A stretch of 64,000 bases of DNA from Methanocellales archaeon. GTDB taxonomy: Archaea; Halobacteriota; UBA148. The position numbers and the translations under genes are program-made. Location of the stretch: NCBI GenBank assembly GCA_030019435.1, contig JASEEV010000001.1:28064-92063 (forward strand), given 5' to 3'. The notes beneath the pieces are model-generated. The model was not told the origin of the DNA and did not search any database. It saw only the letters and a program-made list of their open reading frames with translations. Of the stretch, positions 23,301 to 31,107 are shown piece after piece (position 1 is the first letter of the stretch; every line of letters begins with the position of its first letter).

Positions 23301-23821
23301 TGCTCGTGCTCAAATCCCTGCTTCACCCTATAGAAGATCGCTCTAGCGCCATACAACGAGGCCCAACATCGCTGGACCGCTTCTACAACGGCTTCTCCTC
23401 CGCGAACGTTGAGAAATGTCTCTTGTTGACCGGCAAAGGATGCATCCGGTAGGTCCTCAGCCGTCGCAGATGAGCGAATGGCAACGAAAACATCCTCGCC
23501 CTCCCTCTTACATAATTTATCGTATGCATCTAAGATGGCTCTTTTCGTCTCATAAGGCATTTCAGCGCTGAGGATCAAGCGTTTAGCCTTTTTCTCCGCA
23601 CTCTTGAGAGCCTCAGAATCATCCACATCTATTTCCAATGAGTTGAACAGCTTTTTCGCTATCCTAGTCTCATCGAGGAATTGCCTAAATGCAGGTGCCG
23701 TCACCGCAAACCCCCTTGGAACTGGCAGCTCTGCGTTCATCATCTCGCCAAGGCTGGCGCCTTTTCCACCAACCAAGGACACATCCTTAGATCTTACCTC
23801 TTCCAACCATACGATTGTCAT
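20306..23821 (-). CDS. ppsA: Phosphoenolpyruvate synthase interrupted by an in-frame intein
   Basis: Exteins give a normal PpsA of about 753 aa (ATP-grasp N-domain, phosphohistidine domain, PEP-utilising C-domain). The conserved GGxT-SHAAI motif is split as EGGLT|intein|CHAAIVSRELGIP. Confidence 0.85.
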   Translation of the reverse strand: MTIVWLEEVRSKDVSLVGGKGASLGEMMNAELPVPRGFAVTAPAFRQFLDETRIAKKLFNSLEIDVDDSEALKSAEKKAKRLILSAEMPYETKRAILDAYDKLCKREGEDVFVAIRSSATAEDLPDASFAGQQETFLNVRGGEAVVEAVQRCWASLYGARAIFYRVKQGFEHEHVNISVIIQKMVDADKAGVIFTSHPTSGEPLTIIEAGWGLGETVVSGSISPDNYVVDRRTKKIVQRNIATKDIMHVKDPKTGKTIQTKVPDDMRNKPVLTDAEVMKLTELGEIVENHYSIPQDVEWAIADEKIYMLQSRPITTIQRREEELKPEEAGEVILEGIGASPGLAYGNVEIVSKLDELDRVGEGDILVTKMTTPDMVPAMKRAVGIITDEGGLTCFTGDTRVLTDRGIIELEKLDRLIRSGEYVRVLSVNKDTLSPEWKRVLSSMRRTSNVWEVAVSQTGRAKHNTLKITPNHKMLTFDDRKLVERELEDLLDRNEAVVAVDRVPTPLNEFNGASGCSEDLAYIAGAIFSDGHIRLTNRRGSVTFRQKNIPEKLNYINSVREAFNREFSTVLTDYGEDVSSGVIRGREMVGSANRYICSQKKPATRLLNIRDNLEEFILYLSEDAIVKFLVGFIDGDGSFNIAHESGRIHIYVGDELIKAVVLACLRLGILPLVSKNRTIYNVQIVEGLDRLLRHTQRVKGKPRDKVLGTKLFAASQILGGIVNDVNNGGKIKPYVNNNLLIGADKLEKHVLPLVKGRSNIELERIVNSSLRMQRIRKLKELGEKTVFNIEVEGDHNYIVFTEHLTPILVNNCHAAIVSRELGIPCIVGTKKGTRVLKDAMVVTIDGEKGHVYKGKLEQVIAKEAQVVAPVARTRQVTVTEVKVNISIPEAAERAAATGADGVGLLRIEHMILGLGKHPRLYIKEGKSEEYVAELVKGIRTVADAFYPRSVWVRTLDAPTDEFKSMQGGEDEPVEHNPMMGWRGIRRDLTDVEHFKLELQAFKKLYELGYDNVGIMLPLVQHPKELRKAKQIMVESGLDLDKIEFGIMIETPASALVIDQFIEEGLDFISFGTNDLTQYTLAVDRNNENVAYLYDEHHPAVLKLIEHVIKECNKAGVKTSICGQAGSSPSMARKLVELGITSISANIDAVESVREAVLRAEQRMLLDVARRS
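21389..22642 (-). mobile_element. Intein (about 418 aa) with LAGLIDADG homing endonuclease, inserted in ppsA
   Basis: Block A CFTGDTRVLTD, block B TPNHKML, two LAGLIDADG motifs (LAYIAGAIFSDGH, VKFLVGFIDGDGSF), block F FNIEVEGDHNYIV, block G PILVNN followed by +1 Cys. Codon-checked boundaries: Cys1 at 22642-22640, terminal Asn at 21391-21389. Confidence 0.8.
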
Positions 23822-23823
23822 GC

Positions 23824-24192
23824 TTAGACCCCCAATTTTTCAAGTGCTATGCCCAAAATCTGATCGAGTTTAGCAGATGAAATTCCAAACTCCTTTGCGA
23901 TTCGCTCAAAAAAGGGAAACTCAACCTCATGACCCTTGCAATACGTCTTGGTAGCTTCTGCTATGGCTAAGATGCCAACAAAATTCTGAATAAAATTCAC
24001 AGTGGAGTTTACCTTGCCATTCTCAATGCGTGAAATCGTCTCCCTGCGAAGATCCAGTAACTGACCAAGTTCTTTTTGAGTTATTCCATAGTTTTTTCTA
24101 TATGCCTGAATTGCACTTCCATGCTCTGGTGACATGACTATGTTGCCAGCCATATTCTGTGCAAACTTGGCCAACCATTCGGGCGTGTACAT
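23824..24192 (-). CDS. HTH XRE-family transcriptional regulator
   Basis: HTH segment ITQKELGQLLDLRRETISRIENGK; 122 aa; immediately upstream of and co-oriented with ppsA. Confidence 0.65.
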   Translation of the reverse strand: MYTPEWLAKFAQNMAGNIVMSPEHGSAIQAYRKNYGITQKELGQLLDLRRETISRIENGKVNSTVNFIQNFVGILAIAEATKTYCKGHEVEFPFFERIAKEFGISSAKLDQILGIALEKLGV

Positions 24193-24360
24193 GTCACCAC
24201 TCCAGTGTTACAAGATATGTAACATAATTATCTGCAAAATACAAATGAAACACATTATACTTAAACTTTTCTGATTATTGTGACAATCTACATCACAACA
24301 GCATTTACGAGGGTAACGAAAAGATGAAAAAGGAGTAATCTAATCATATATCGAGGAGTT

Positions 24361-25923
24361 ATGAAAGTTCTCATCACGGACCCCATTTCTCAAGAGGGTA
24401 TTGAGAAGATTAAAAAAGAGATAGATGTGGACATAGCAACCGATCTGACCGAAAAAGAGCTGATAAAACGAATCAAGGATTATGACGCGCTCATCGTCAG
24501 GAGTGGAACAAATGTAACAAGAGAAGTCATAAATGCTGGCGTTCGGCTGAGAGTTATAGGACGAGCAGGTGTCGGCGTGGATAACATCGACGTGGATGTT
24601 GCCACTGAGAAGGGCATCATCGTCCTAAACGCCCCAGAGGGAAACACCATATCTGCAGCAGAACACACCATTGCAATGATACTTGCATTGTCGAGAAACA
24701 TACCCCAAGCTAATACGTCGCTAAAAAGAGGAAAATGGAGCAGGGGCAAGTTCATGGGCACTGAAGTTCAAGATAAAACTCTTGGAATAATAGGGCTTGG
24801 AAGGGTCGGTGCCGAGGTTGCGAAAAGGGCGCATGCGCTGGGAATGCACATACTTGCATGCGATCCGTTCATACCTGTAGAGAGAGCTGAAAATCTTGGA
24901 GCCTCACTGGTGGGAATTGATGTGCTATTAGAGAGAGCAGATTATATAACGATTCACGCTCCACTCACAAAAGACACGTATCACATGATAAGCGATGCAC
25001 AATTTGGGATGATGAAGAATGGAGCAAGGATCATAAACTGCGCTAGGGGTGGCATCATCGACGAGGGTGCACTGCTCCAAGCCATCAAAAGGGGAAAGGT
25101 TGCAGGTGCAGCACTAGACGTATTTGAGAATGAGCCCCCAGAGGGCAGTCCTCTGTTGGATCTGGATGAAGTTATCGTGACTCCTCATCTGGGAGCCTCG
25201 ACGCAAGAGGCGCAGGTCAACGTTTCCATTGCAGTTGCAGAAGGCGTACTAAATGCAATAAAAGGCGAGCCAATCAGAAATGCGGTCAACATGCCCTCTA
25301 TTAAGGCAGAAATAAGGCCGTACTTGACGTTAGCTGAAAAATTGGGGCGACTTTGTGCGCAGTTGGTGGATGGCTGGATAAAGCAAATTGAGGTTGCATA
25401 TAGCGGTGATATCGCAGAAAAAGAGACAGGGGCGCTTACGATTGCTGTGTTAAAAGGCATATTAGATCCAATACTGGAGGAACCGGTTAACTTCGTAAAT
25501 GCGCCCATGTTAGCGAAGAACAGAGGAATTAAGGTCATAGAAAGCAAGGTTGGCACAAGCGAGGATTTCACAGGACTGATCACCGTCTCCGCAAAGACAC
25601 CTAGAGAAGAGAAAAGCGTTGCTGGGACATTATTTGGAAAAAAGGATGCCAGGATCGTGCGAATTGACTCTTATAGGGTAGATGCAGTACCATCTGGTTA
25701 TATGTTAATTGCCTCTCATATCGATAAGCCTGGAATGATCGGGCGAGTCGGAACCATTCTAGGAGAGAACAAGATCAATATTGCGGGAATGCAAGTTGGA
25801 AGAGAGTTCATCGGTGGCAACGCAGTGATGGTGCTGAACATAGATAGTGCGGTCTCAGATAAGATATTAAAGCAGATAAAAGCGATTGAGGGCATACAAG
25901 ATATCAAGCTCGTGACACTCTAG
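24361..25923 (+). CDS. serA: D-3-phosphoglycerate dehydrogenase with C-terminal ACT domain
   Basis: NAD-binding GIIGLGRVG, catalytic RG...H segments, about 520 aa with ACT tail. Confidence 0.9.
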   Translation: MKVLITDPISQEGIEKIKKEIDVDIATDLTEKELIKRIKDYDALIVRSGTNVTREVINAGVRLRVIGRAGVGVDNIDVDVATEKGIIVLNAPEGNTISAAEHTIAMILALSRNIPQANTSLKRGKWSRGKFMGTEVQDKTLGIIGLGRVGAEVAKRAHALGMHILACDPFIPVERAENLGASLVGIDVLLERADYITIHAPLTKDTYHMISDAQFGMMKNGARIINCARGGIIDEGALLQAIKRGKVAGAALDVFENEPPEGSPLLDLDEVIVTPHLGASTQEAQVNVSIAVAEGVLNAIKGEPIRNAVNMPSIKAEIRPYLTLAEKLGRLCAQLVDGWIKQIEVAYSGDIAEKETGALTIAVLKGILDPILEEPVNFVNAPMLAKNRGIKVIESKVGTSEDFTGLITVSAKTPREEKSVAGTLFGKKDARIVRIDSYRVDAVPSGYMLIASHIDKPGMIGRVGTILGENKINIAGMQVGREFIGGNAVMVLNIDSAVSDKILKQIKAIEGIQDIKLVTL

Positions 25924-26537
25924 CTTTGCTCAACGAGTTCCGCAAATGCTAGATTGCCGGAGATTTTTTTGATCTTAGCTTTGACGATGCTACCTTTAGC
26001 GACATTTGGAACAAATATCGTGTATTTATCCATCTTAGCTATGCCGTCTCCCTTTCTGCCAACCGCATCGATCCTAAGCTCATAGACTTCACCTTCTTGG
26101 ACCGCTTTTTTTGTCTCCATCCTAATTCGCCGTTTTTTGACCGGGCGGTGCCCTCCGCATGCATCACACCTTAACATCAAAATGCGCTCGCTCTTGATCA
26201 GATGGGTATCAGGTCTTCCACACTCTGAGCATATCACGTATTCCTCGACATAATCATCTATCTGTGACTTGAGGACATCAGCTGAGAAACTCCCCTGAAA
26301 TATCGCTCTGCTTCCCTCGATCTTCCCAGCAGTCCCAAGCTCTTGCAACAAGAACTTCATGAGATGGTCCACATCTCTATTCAAAACATCAGCGATTTCT
26401 CCGAAGTTATCTAGAACGGTCGTCCTACCCTCCGAAAATGTCTTTGGAGGGGGCACCACAAACCTAGATTTCTCGGTCACTATACCTGGGATTTGTCCTA
26501 GTGCCCGATCCAGAAGTGCTTCATAATCTTCCATCAC
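25920..26537 (-). CDS. eif2b: Translation initiation factor 2 subunit beta fused to a C-terminal TRAM domain
   Basis: N-terminal 140 aa is aIF2beta (C4 zinc ribbon CSECGRPDT...CDACGG). C-terminal about 60 aa ([40 protein letters not shown]) is a TRAM-like beta-barrel. Confidence 0.7.
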   Translation of the reverse strand: MMEDYEALLDRALGQIPGIVTEKSRFVVPPPKTFSEGRTTVLDNFGEIADVLNRDVDHLMKFLLQELGTAGKIEGSRAIFQGSFSADVLKSQIDDYVEEYVICSECGRPDTHLIKSERILMLRCDACGGHRPVKKRRIRMETKKAVQEGEVYELRIDAVGRKGDGIAKMDKYTIFVPNVAKGSIVKAKIKKISGNLAFAELVEQS

Positions 26538-26542
26538 ATCAC

Positions 26543-27061
26543 CTATGAAACCAACTCAGCACCCTTTTCTACAACTATTCGATGTGGTGTGGGTAGCTTA
26601 TTGCCTGCCCTCCTCAACGCATCCTTGGCCTGGGGAAAATGCTGAGGATGTACCCCCAAACTCATGATCTTCTGTCCTTTGTGGACTCTAGCTGCCGTTC
26701 CGACCGTTTTACCAAAAGACCTTCGCATTCCATCTGATACCCTATCGGCACCAGCACCGGTTGCTTGTTTGTTTTCCCTGAGGACCTGATGGGGGTATGT
26801 CCTGAGCTTCAGGTGGAAGTTTAAGCGTCCTACATCTCTGAGCAAAAACCTGTTTGCAGAAATGCGAGCTGACTCCAGAGCGCTGTCCCTGATTTGGCAG
26901 GCTTCCTCTGCTATCAAGGTCAGTTGTACTGGGAAGTCCTCCGTCAGATTCCCCATGTCAAACTGAACGATCTTGCTCCCTGGGATGCCGCCCATGTACT
27001 CTCGGTGCGTATATGCTCTGTCCTTTAGCTTCCGGTACATGCTCGCTGGTTTTCTAGCCAT
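26543..27061 (-). CDS. rpl10e: 50S ribosomal protein L10e (uL16)
   Basis: [12 protein letters not shown]-terminus and conserved uL16 core; start set at the conserved Met. Confidence 0.85.
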   Translation of the reverse strand: MARKPASMYRKLKDRAYTHREYMGGIPGSKIVQFDMGNLTEDFPVQLTLIAEEACQIRDSALESARISANRFLLRDVGRLNFHLKLRTYPHQVLRENKQATGAGADRVSDGMRRSFGKTVGTAARVHKGQKIMSLGVHPQHFPQAKDALRRAGNKLPTPHRIVVEKGAELVS

Positions 27062-27080
27062 ATGGACCACTTCAATTGAC

Positions 27081-28052
27081 TTATGAGCTTATAAATCTTA
27101 TCGATGCCCCTTTATTTCTTGCTCTTACCCTCATGCATTTTCCCCTTTCACCCAAGTGCTCTTCGATGGCGTTTTTTACCTCTGAGGGAGAGTCCGTAAT
27201 GCCGTAAACAAGAGGGCCAAATGAGCTCATTCCTGCCCCCTCTGCCCCGCTCTGGAGCATGACATCCATGATTTCCCTAGCTTGGGGCAGGAGCTCAACT
27301 TCTCTTCGCTTGAAGCCAATTTTTTGAATTCGATTGATGGCGGATCCAAAACCATGCAAGTCCTCTTCGATCAAAGCGGGCAGTAGCTCCATGAGAATGA
27401 TGTGCGAGAGAGCTTGCACCTCTCCTAGGGGAATTGGGCATTCTTCCTGAAATATGTTCACCTCGCGCATGCCAGATGCTCCTTTAAGATGCGGAATCGC
27501 TAACACGATATCCCAGTCTGGAAAATCATGATGCAATAGCACGGGAGGCGGTGGAGCACGACTGGCTGCTGATGGCATGAAACCTTTCTCATGGAATTTG
27601 TGCCCGCCATCAAGGATGAATCCCCCTTTCTCGAATGCAGTGACGCCTATGCCAGATGTTCCCCCCCTTTTGACGATCTTTGCCATCTCCCTGACAGACA
27701 GCCCAAGATCATAGAGCATGTTGGCAGCCATTCCCCCTGCGAGAGATGCCTGTGTGCCAGAACCAAGTCCTATATGAGGGGGGATGTCCTCCTCGATGAC
27801 CATGTGGACACCTCCATGATTTTTGGCTATGAGCTCTGCGCTCTTCCTTATGCGTTCTGAGAGTGCGCTTTTGCCCTCCACACTCACTTCATCAGCTTTT
27901 TCAGCTGAGATCACAAGGGAAGGATGATCTAGAGCGATGCCGATGCCACCATCTACTCTGCCTAGCGCCCCATTCAAATCAATCAGTGTGATGTGTATTC
28001 TCGATGGCGTCCTGATTCTGATCATCTGCTTATAATTGGCTTGTGGGGGCAT
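27081..28052 (-). CDS. mptG: Beta-ribofuranosylaminobenzene 5'-phosphate synthase-like (GHMP-kinase fold)
   Basis: N-terminal [11 protein letters not shown]...GRVDGGIG and GHMP-like Gly-rich segment GLGSGTQ; about 320 aa. Confidence 0.55.
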   Translation of the reverse strand: MPPQANYKQMIRIRTPSRIHITLIDLNGALGRVDGGIGIALDHPSLVISAEKADEVSVEGKSALSERIRKSAELIAKNHGGVHMVIEEDIPPHIGLGSGTQASLAGGMAANMLYDLGLSVREMAKIVKRGGTSGIGVTAFEKGGFILDGGHKFHEKGFMPSAASRAPPPPVLLHHDFPDWDIVLAIPHLKGASGMREVNIFQEECPIPLGEVQALSHIILMELLPALIEEDLHGFGSAINRIQKIGFKRREVELLPQAREIMDVMLQSGAEGAGMSSFGPLVYGITDSPSEVKNAIEEHLGERGKCMRVRARNKGASIRFISS

Positions 28053-28145
28053 AAGTTTTCTGGAGTTGTGAAAATGGTGCTAACCGTCATCACGATTTTA
28101 ATCCATATTTCTCTCATAAATCCAGAAGAAAAAGGAATAAATCCT

Positions 28146-28394
28146 TTATCGCCTTCTTCTAAGCAGATATGCAACTGCTGCTATCGTGAGAATTGCGAAT
28201 ACTGCCTCAAATCCTGGTACTGGTGGCGATGGCGTTGGTGTTGGAATGGATTCGATACTATTGTTCCCTTTAGATGCAATTAATATACATTTTTCCGGTC
28301 GCACAAAAGGATTAACACACGTCTCACAATATGTTGGATTGGATGTTAGGAGAACGGCCACAAGGGATGTAACAGTCTCTGGATCTCCAGCCAA
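28146..28394 (-). pseudogene. Orphan C-terminal fragment carrying a PGF-CTERM archaeosortase sorting signal
   Basis: Ends TPTPSPPVPGFEAVFAILTIAAVAYLLRRRR (Thr/Pro linker, PGF, TM helix, Arg tail). No ATG and no signal peptide; in-frame stop 23 codons upstream; 480 bp of non-coding DNA upstream. Confidence 0.4.
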
Positions 28395-28668
28395 TGCGGC
28401 TTTGGAAAGCCGTGGGCATCGTGCAAACCCTTCTCCTCTGCTACAAAATCCCTGGAGGGATTAATAGAACAGACTCCAAACCGCATTGGTTTCTGGTTCA
28501 CGTGGGCGAATCACCATCATGAGCCGCACTCCTGTGCAACGCATAAACCACCCTTTCCTTTTTCACCTCTAAACTCATAAGTACGCCCACAGACCATAAA
28601 AGGCTTTGGATTTTTGAAAGTTTTTTTGATAATACGTTCAAATTTAGTATAAGAATATGTTAAAATAT

Positions 28669-28682
28669 GTCAAATATTTGAC
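28669..28682. promoter_or_regulatory. Perfect 14-bp palindrome GTCAAATATTTGAC in AT-rich promoter region
   Basis: Read directly from the sequence; flanked by duplicated AATATGT. Confidence 0.3.
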
Positions 28683-28873
28683 CGAGATTCTTGTCCTTAG
28701 AATATCTTGTCATGAGTTTCCTTGTTTAATGTCGTCTGTCCATCGACTCCAGCGACAAAACCCACTCTTTCCCCCTTCAGCCACATATAGCAAACGCAAA
28801 GATTATTAAAATGAGAATCAGCTCACGAACAAGCAGAAAGATATATTTCTCGATACGATAGTTTTAACATCAA

Positions 28874-29767
28874 ATGAACCTGACAACTAATGCAGCAGGC
28901 TTGAAACTGAGAAATCCCACCATATTAGCTGCTGGAATCCTTGGTAGCACTGCTGCCTCGCTAAAAAGAGTGATACGAGGCGGTGCAGGTGCAGTCGTAA
29001 CCAAATCAATAGGTGTTGTGCCAAGAGAAGGTCATCCAGGACCAGTGATGATAAAAACAGAGCATGGCTTTTTGAACGCAATCGGCTTAGCCAACCCTTC
29101 ATATCATGAGTTCATACATGAGTTAAAGAAGGCGAAGGGAGAAGTTCCTGTCATTGCGAGCATATTTGGCAGCAATGCAGAGGAGTTTAGAGAGGTTGCA
29201 TTAGGGTTGAGCGAGGCTGATCCAGACGCCTTTGAGTTAAACGTAAGCTGCCCACATGCTGAGGGATATGGTATTTCCCTCGGGAGAGACCCCAAGGCGG
29301 TCGAGAATATCACCAGAGCCGTTAAGAAGGCGGTGGATGTTCCAGTCTGGGTGAAACTTGCACCTCTTGCAGATGTCATCGAGACGGGATTAGCTGCTCA
29401 AAGTGGTGGGGCTGAAGCCATTGTTGCCATAAACACGATACCAGCCATGGCAATCGACATAGAATCCTGCTTTCCAGTCTTGGGCAATATCAGTGGAGGG
29501 CTTTCTGGAGCGGCGATAAAGCCAGTTGCCCTAAAATGCGTCTATGATCTATACGATGCACTGGACATTGATATCATAGGCGTCGGTGGAATTTCCTCTT
29601 GGAGGGATGCCATCGAGTTCATCATGGCTGGTGCCTCTGCCATAGAAATCGGATCAGCTGTCTACGACGATATAGAGGTGTTCCGACATATCTCGGACGG
29701 AATCTCACGTTATCTACAAAAGAACGAATGCAGCTTAGAGGACATTCATGGAGTTGCGGTGAGATGA
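28874..29767 (+). CDS. pyrD: Dihydroorotate dehydrogenase catalytic subunit (class 1B)
   Basis: FMN-binding TIM barrel motifs (NAAG, GPVMIKT, SCPH, GGIS); 297 aa. Confidence 0.9.
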   Translation: MNLTTNAAGLKLRNPTILAAGILGSTAASLKRVIRGGAGAVVTKSIGVVPREGHPGPVMIKTEHGFLNAIGLANPSYHEFIHELKKAKGEVPVIASIFGSNAEEFREVALGLSEADPDAFELNVSCPHAEGYGISLGRDPKAVENITRAVKKAVDVPVWVKLAPLADVIETGLAAQSGGAEAIVAINTIPAMAIDIESCFPVLGNISGGLSGAAIKPVALKCVYDLYDALDIDIIGVGGISSWRDAIEFIMAGASAIEIGSAVYDDIEVFRHISDGISRYLQKNECSLEDIHGVAVR

Positions 29768-30534
29768 TGCCAATGGACGCTGAGATAACGAAGATCGTAG
29801 ATGAAACGCCATCTACTAGAACGTTCTTTTTCGACTTTTTCCTGGAGCACATCCCAGGACAATATGTGATGGTCTGGATTCGGGGAGTGGATGAGATTCC
29901 GATGTCTCTCTCGTATCCCAATGCCATCACAGTCCAGAAAATAGGTGATGCCACCTCAGCCTTGTTCGAACTGGGTAGAGGCGACTCGATAGGAGTAAGA
30001 GGACCACTCGGAAACGGTTTTTCGCTGAAGGGAAAATCGATTCTGTTGATTGCTGGTGGAGTTGGAGCCGCACCGTTAGCGGCGTTGGCAGAGAGGGCAA
30101 AGTGCGATGGGGCAAAGGTCGAGACGATTCTGGGCGCAAAGAGCGCTGACGAGCTATTGTTTGAAAAGCGTTTCATGAATGCAGGAGATTTGCTGGTAGC
30201 AACAGATGATGGCTCGCTTGGGCATCATGGACTCGCCACTGAGTTGGTTGGCGAACTAGACCTAACAAAATATGATGCGATCTATTCATGTGGTCCAGAA
30301 AAGATGATGTTTCGCGTTTTGAACATGGCAGAAGACGTTGGCATGTCATCTAGAGCACAATTCAGCCTTCAGCGCTATGTCAAATGTGGCCTGGGCATCT
30401 GTGGGACATGCTGCATCGATCCTTCTGGACTGCGCATATGCAGAGATGGACCCATATTCAGTGGGGATCAGTTGATAGGCACGGAGTTCGGGCAATATAT
30501 GAGGGACGCAAGCGGAAGGAGGGTGAAGCTATGA
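29764..30534 (+). CDS. pyrK: Dihydroorotate dehydrogenase electron-transfer subunit (FAD/[2Fe-2S])
   Basis: Start MMPMDAEI overlaps the pyrD stop (ATGA). C-terminal Cys cluster CGLGICGTCC. Confidence 0.85.
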   Translation: MMPMDAEITKIVDETPSTRTFFFDFFLEHIPGQYVMVWIRGVDEIPMSLSYPNAITVQKIGDATSALFELGRGDSIGVRGPLGNGFSLKGKSILLIAGGVGAAPLAALAERAKCDGAKVETILGAKSADELLFEKRFMNAGDLLVATDDGSLGHHGLATELVGELDLTKYDAIYSCGPEKMMFRVLNMAEDVGMSSRAQFSLQRYVKCGLGICGTCCIDPSGLRICRDGPIFSGDQLIGTEFGQYMRDASGRRVKL

Positions 30535-31094
30535 AAAAATTGAGGGGTGTATATGGCGAAAAATCTAAAATGCATAAAGAGTTGTTTGATTGGCTCAAAG
30601 ATGAGAATCTTCCAGAAAAAGAGATACCAAGAGATGAAAAAGAGTGGTTCAAAGAGATAGCTGTCGGCTTCAGTAGATTGGAGATGGAAAAACCAGACCT
30701 ATCTGAATATTATAAAAGAGCTGAGGAGAGAATAAAAGATGAGAATCTAAAACGTATCATGAGAAAACAAAAGGAACTTGGATTAATAGATTATGATTTA
30801 TTCAGGGGAATTGTTCAGAGAAAGTGGAGTGACAAATATGGATTTTTAGTTCCAAGTTTAATCCAATCTATTGATTTCATATGTATAGTAGGGAAAAGAG
30901 CTTGGATTCTTGAGGGCAAAAAAGAGCCTGACCACACCGCCATAGGTCAAGTTCTTGTCTACAAAGATTTATTTGAGCAGGATTATCCAGATTTTGAGGA
31001 GGTTAAAATGGGAATTGTGTGCAATGAGCTACATCCCCTTAATGAGCCTACTGCAAGAAAACTAGGTATTTCTATCTTTAAGAAGAAAGAATGA
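30531..31094 (+). CDS. Hypothetical K/E-rich protein with C-terminal PD-(D/E)xK-like module
   Basis: 187 aa from MKKLRG (ATG overlaps the pyrK stop). C-terminal SIDFICIVGKRAWILEGKK resembles a restriction-endonuclease-fold core. Local AT-rich composition. Confidence 0.4.
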   Translation: MKKLRGVYGEKSKMHKELFDWLKDENLPEKEIPRDEKEWFKEIAVGFSRLEMEKPDLSEYYKRAEERIKDENLKRIMRKQKELGLIDYDLFRGIVQRKWSDKYGFLVPSLIQSIDFICIVGKRAWILEGKKEPDHTAIGQVLVYKDLFEQDYPDFEEVKMGIVCNELHPLNEPTARKLGISIFKKKE

Positions 31095-31107
31095 GGATTG
31101 AAGGATT

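Noticed and set aside
20682-23333. Many plus-strand ORFs (60-149 aa, some Cys/Arg/Ser-rich) overlapping ppsA and its intein
   Set aside because: They are antisense to a 1171-aa ORF with unambiguous PpsA and intein homology. Low-complexity translations of this kind are typical of antisense GC-rich coding DNA.
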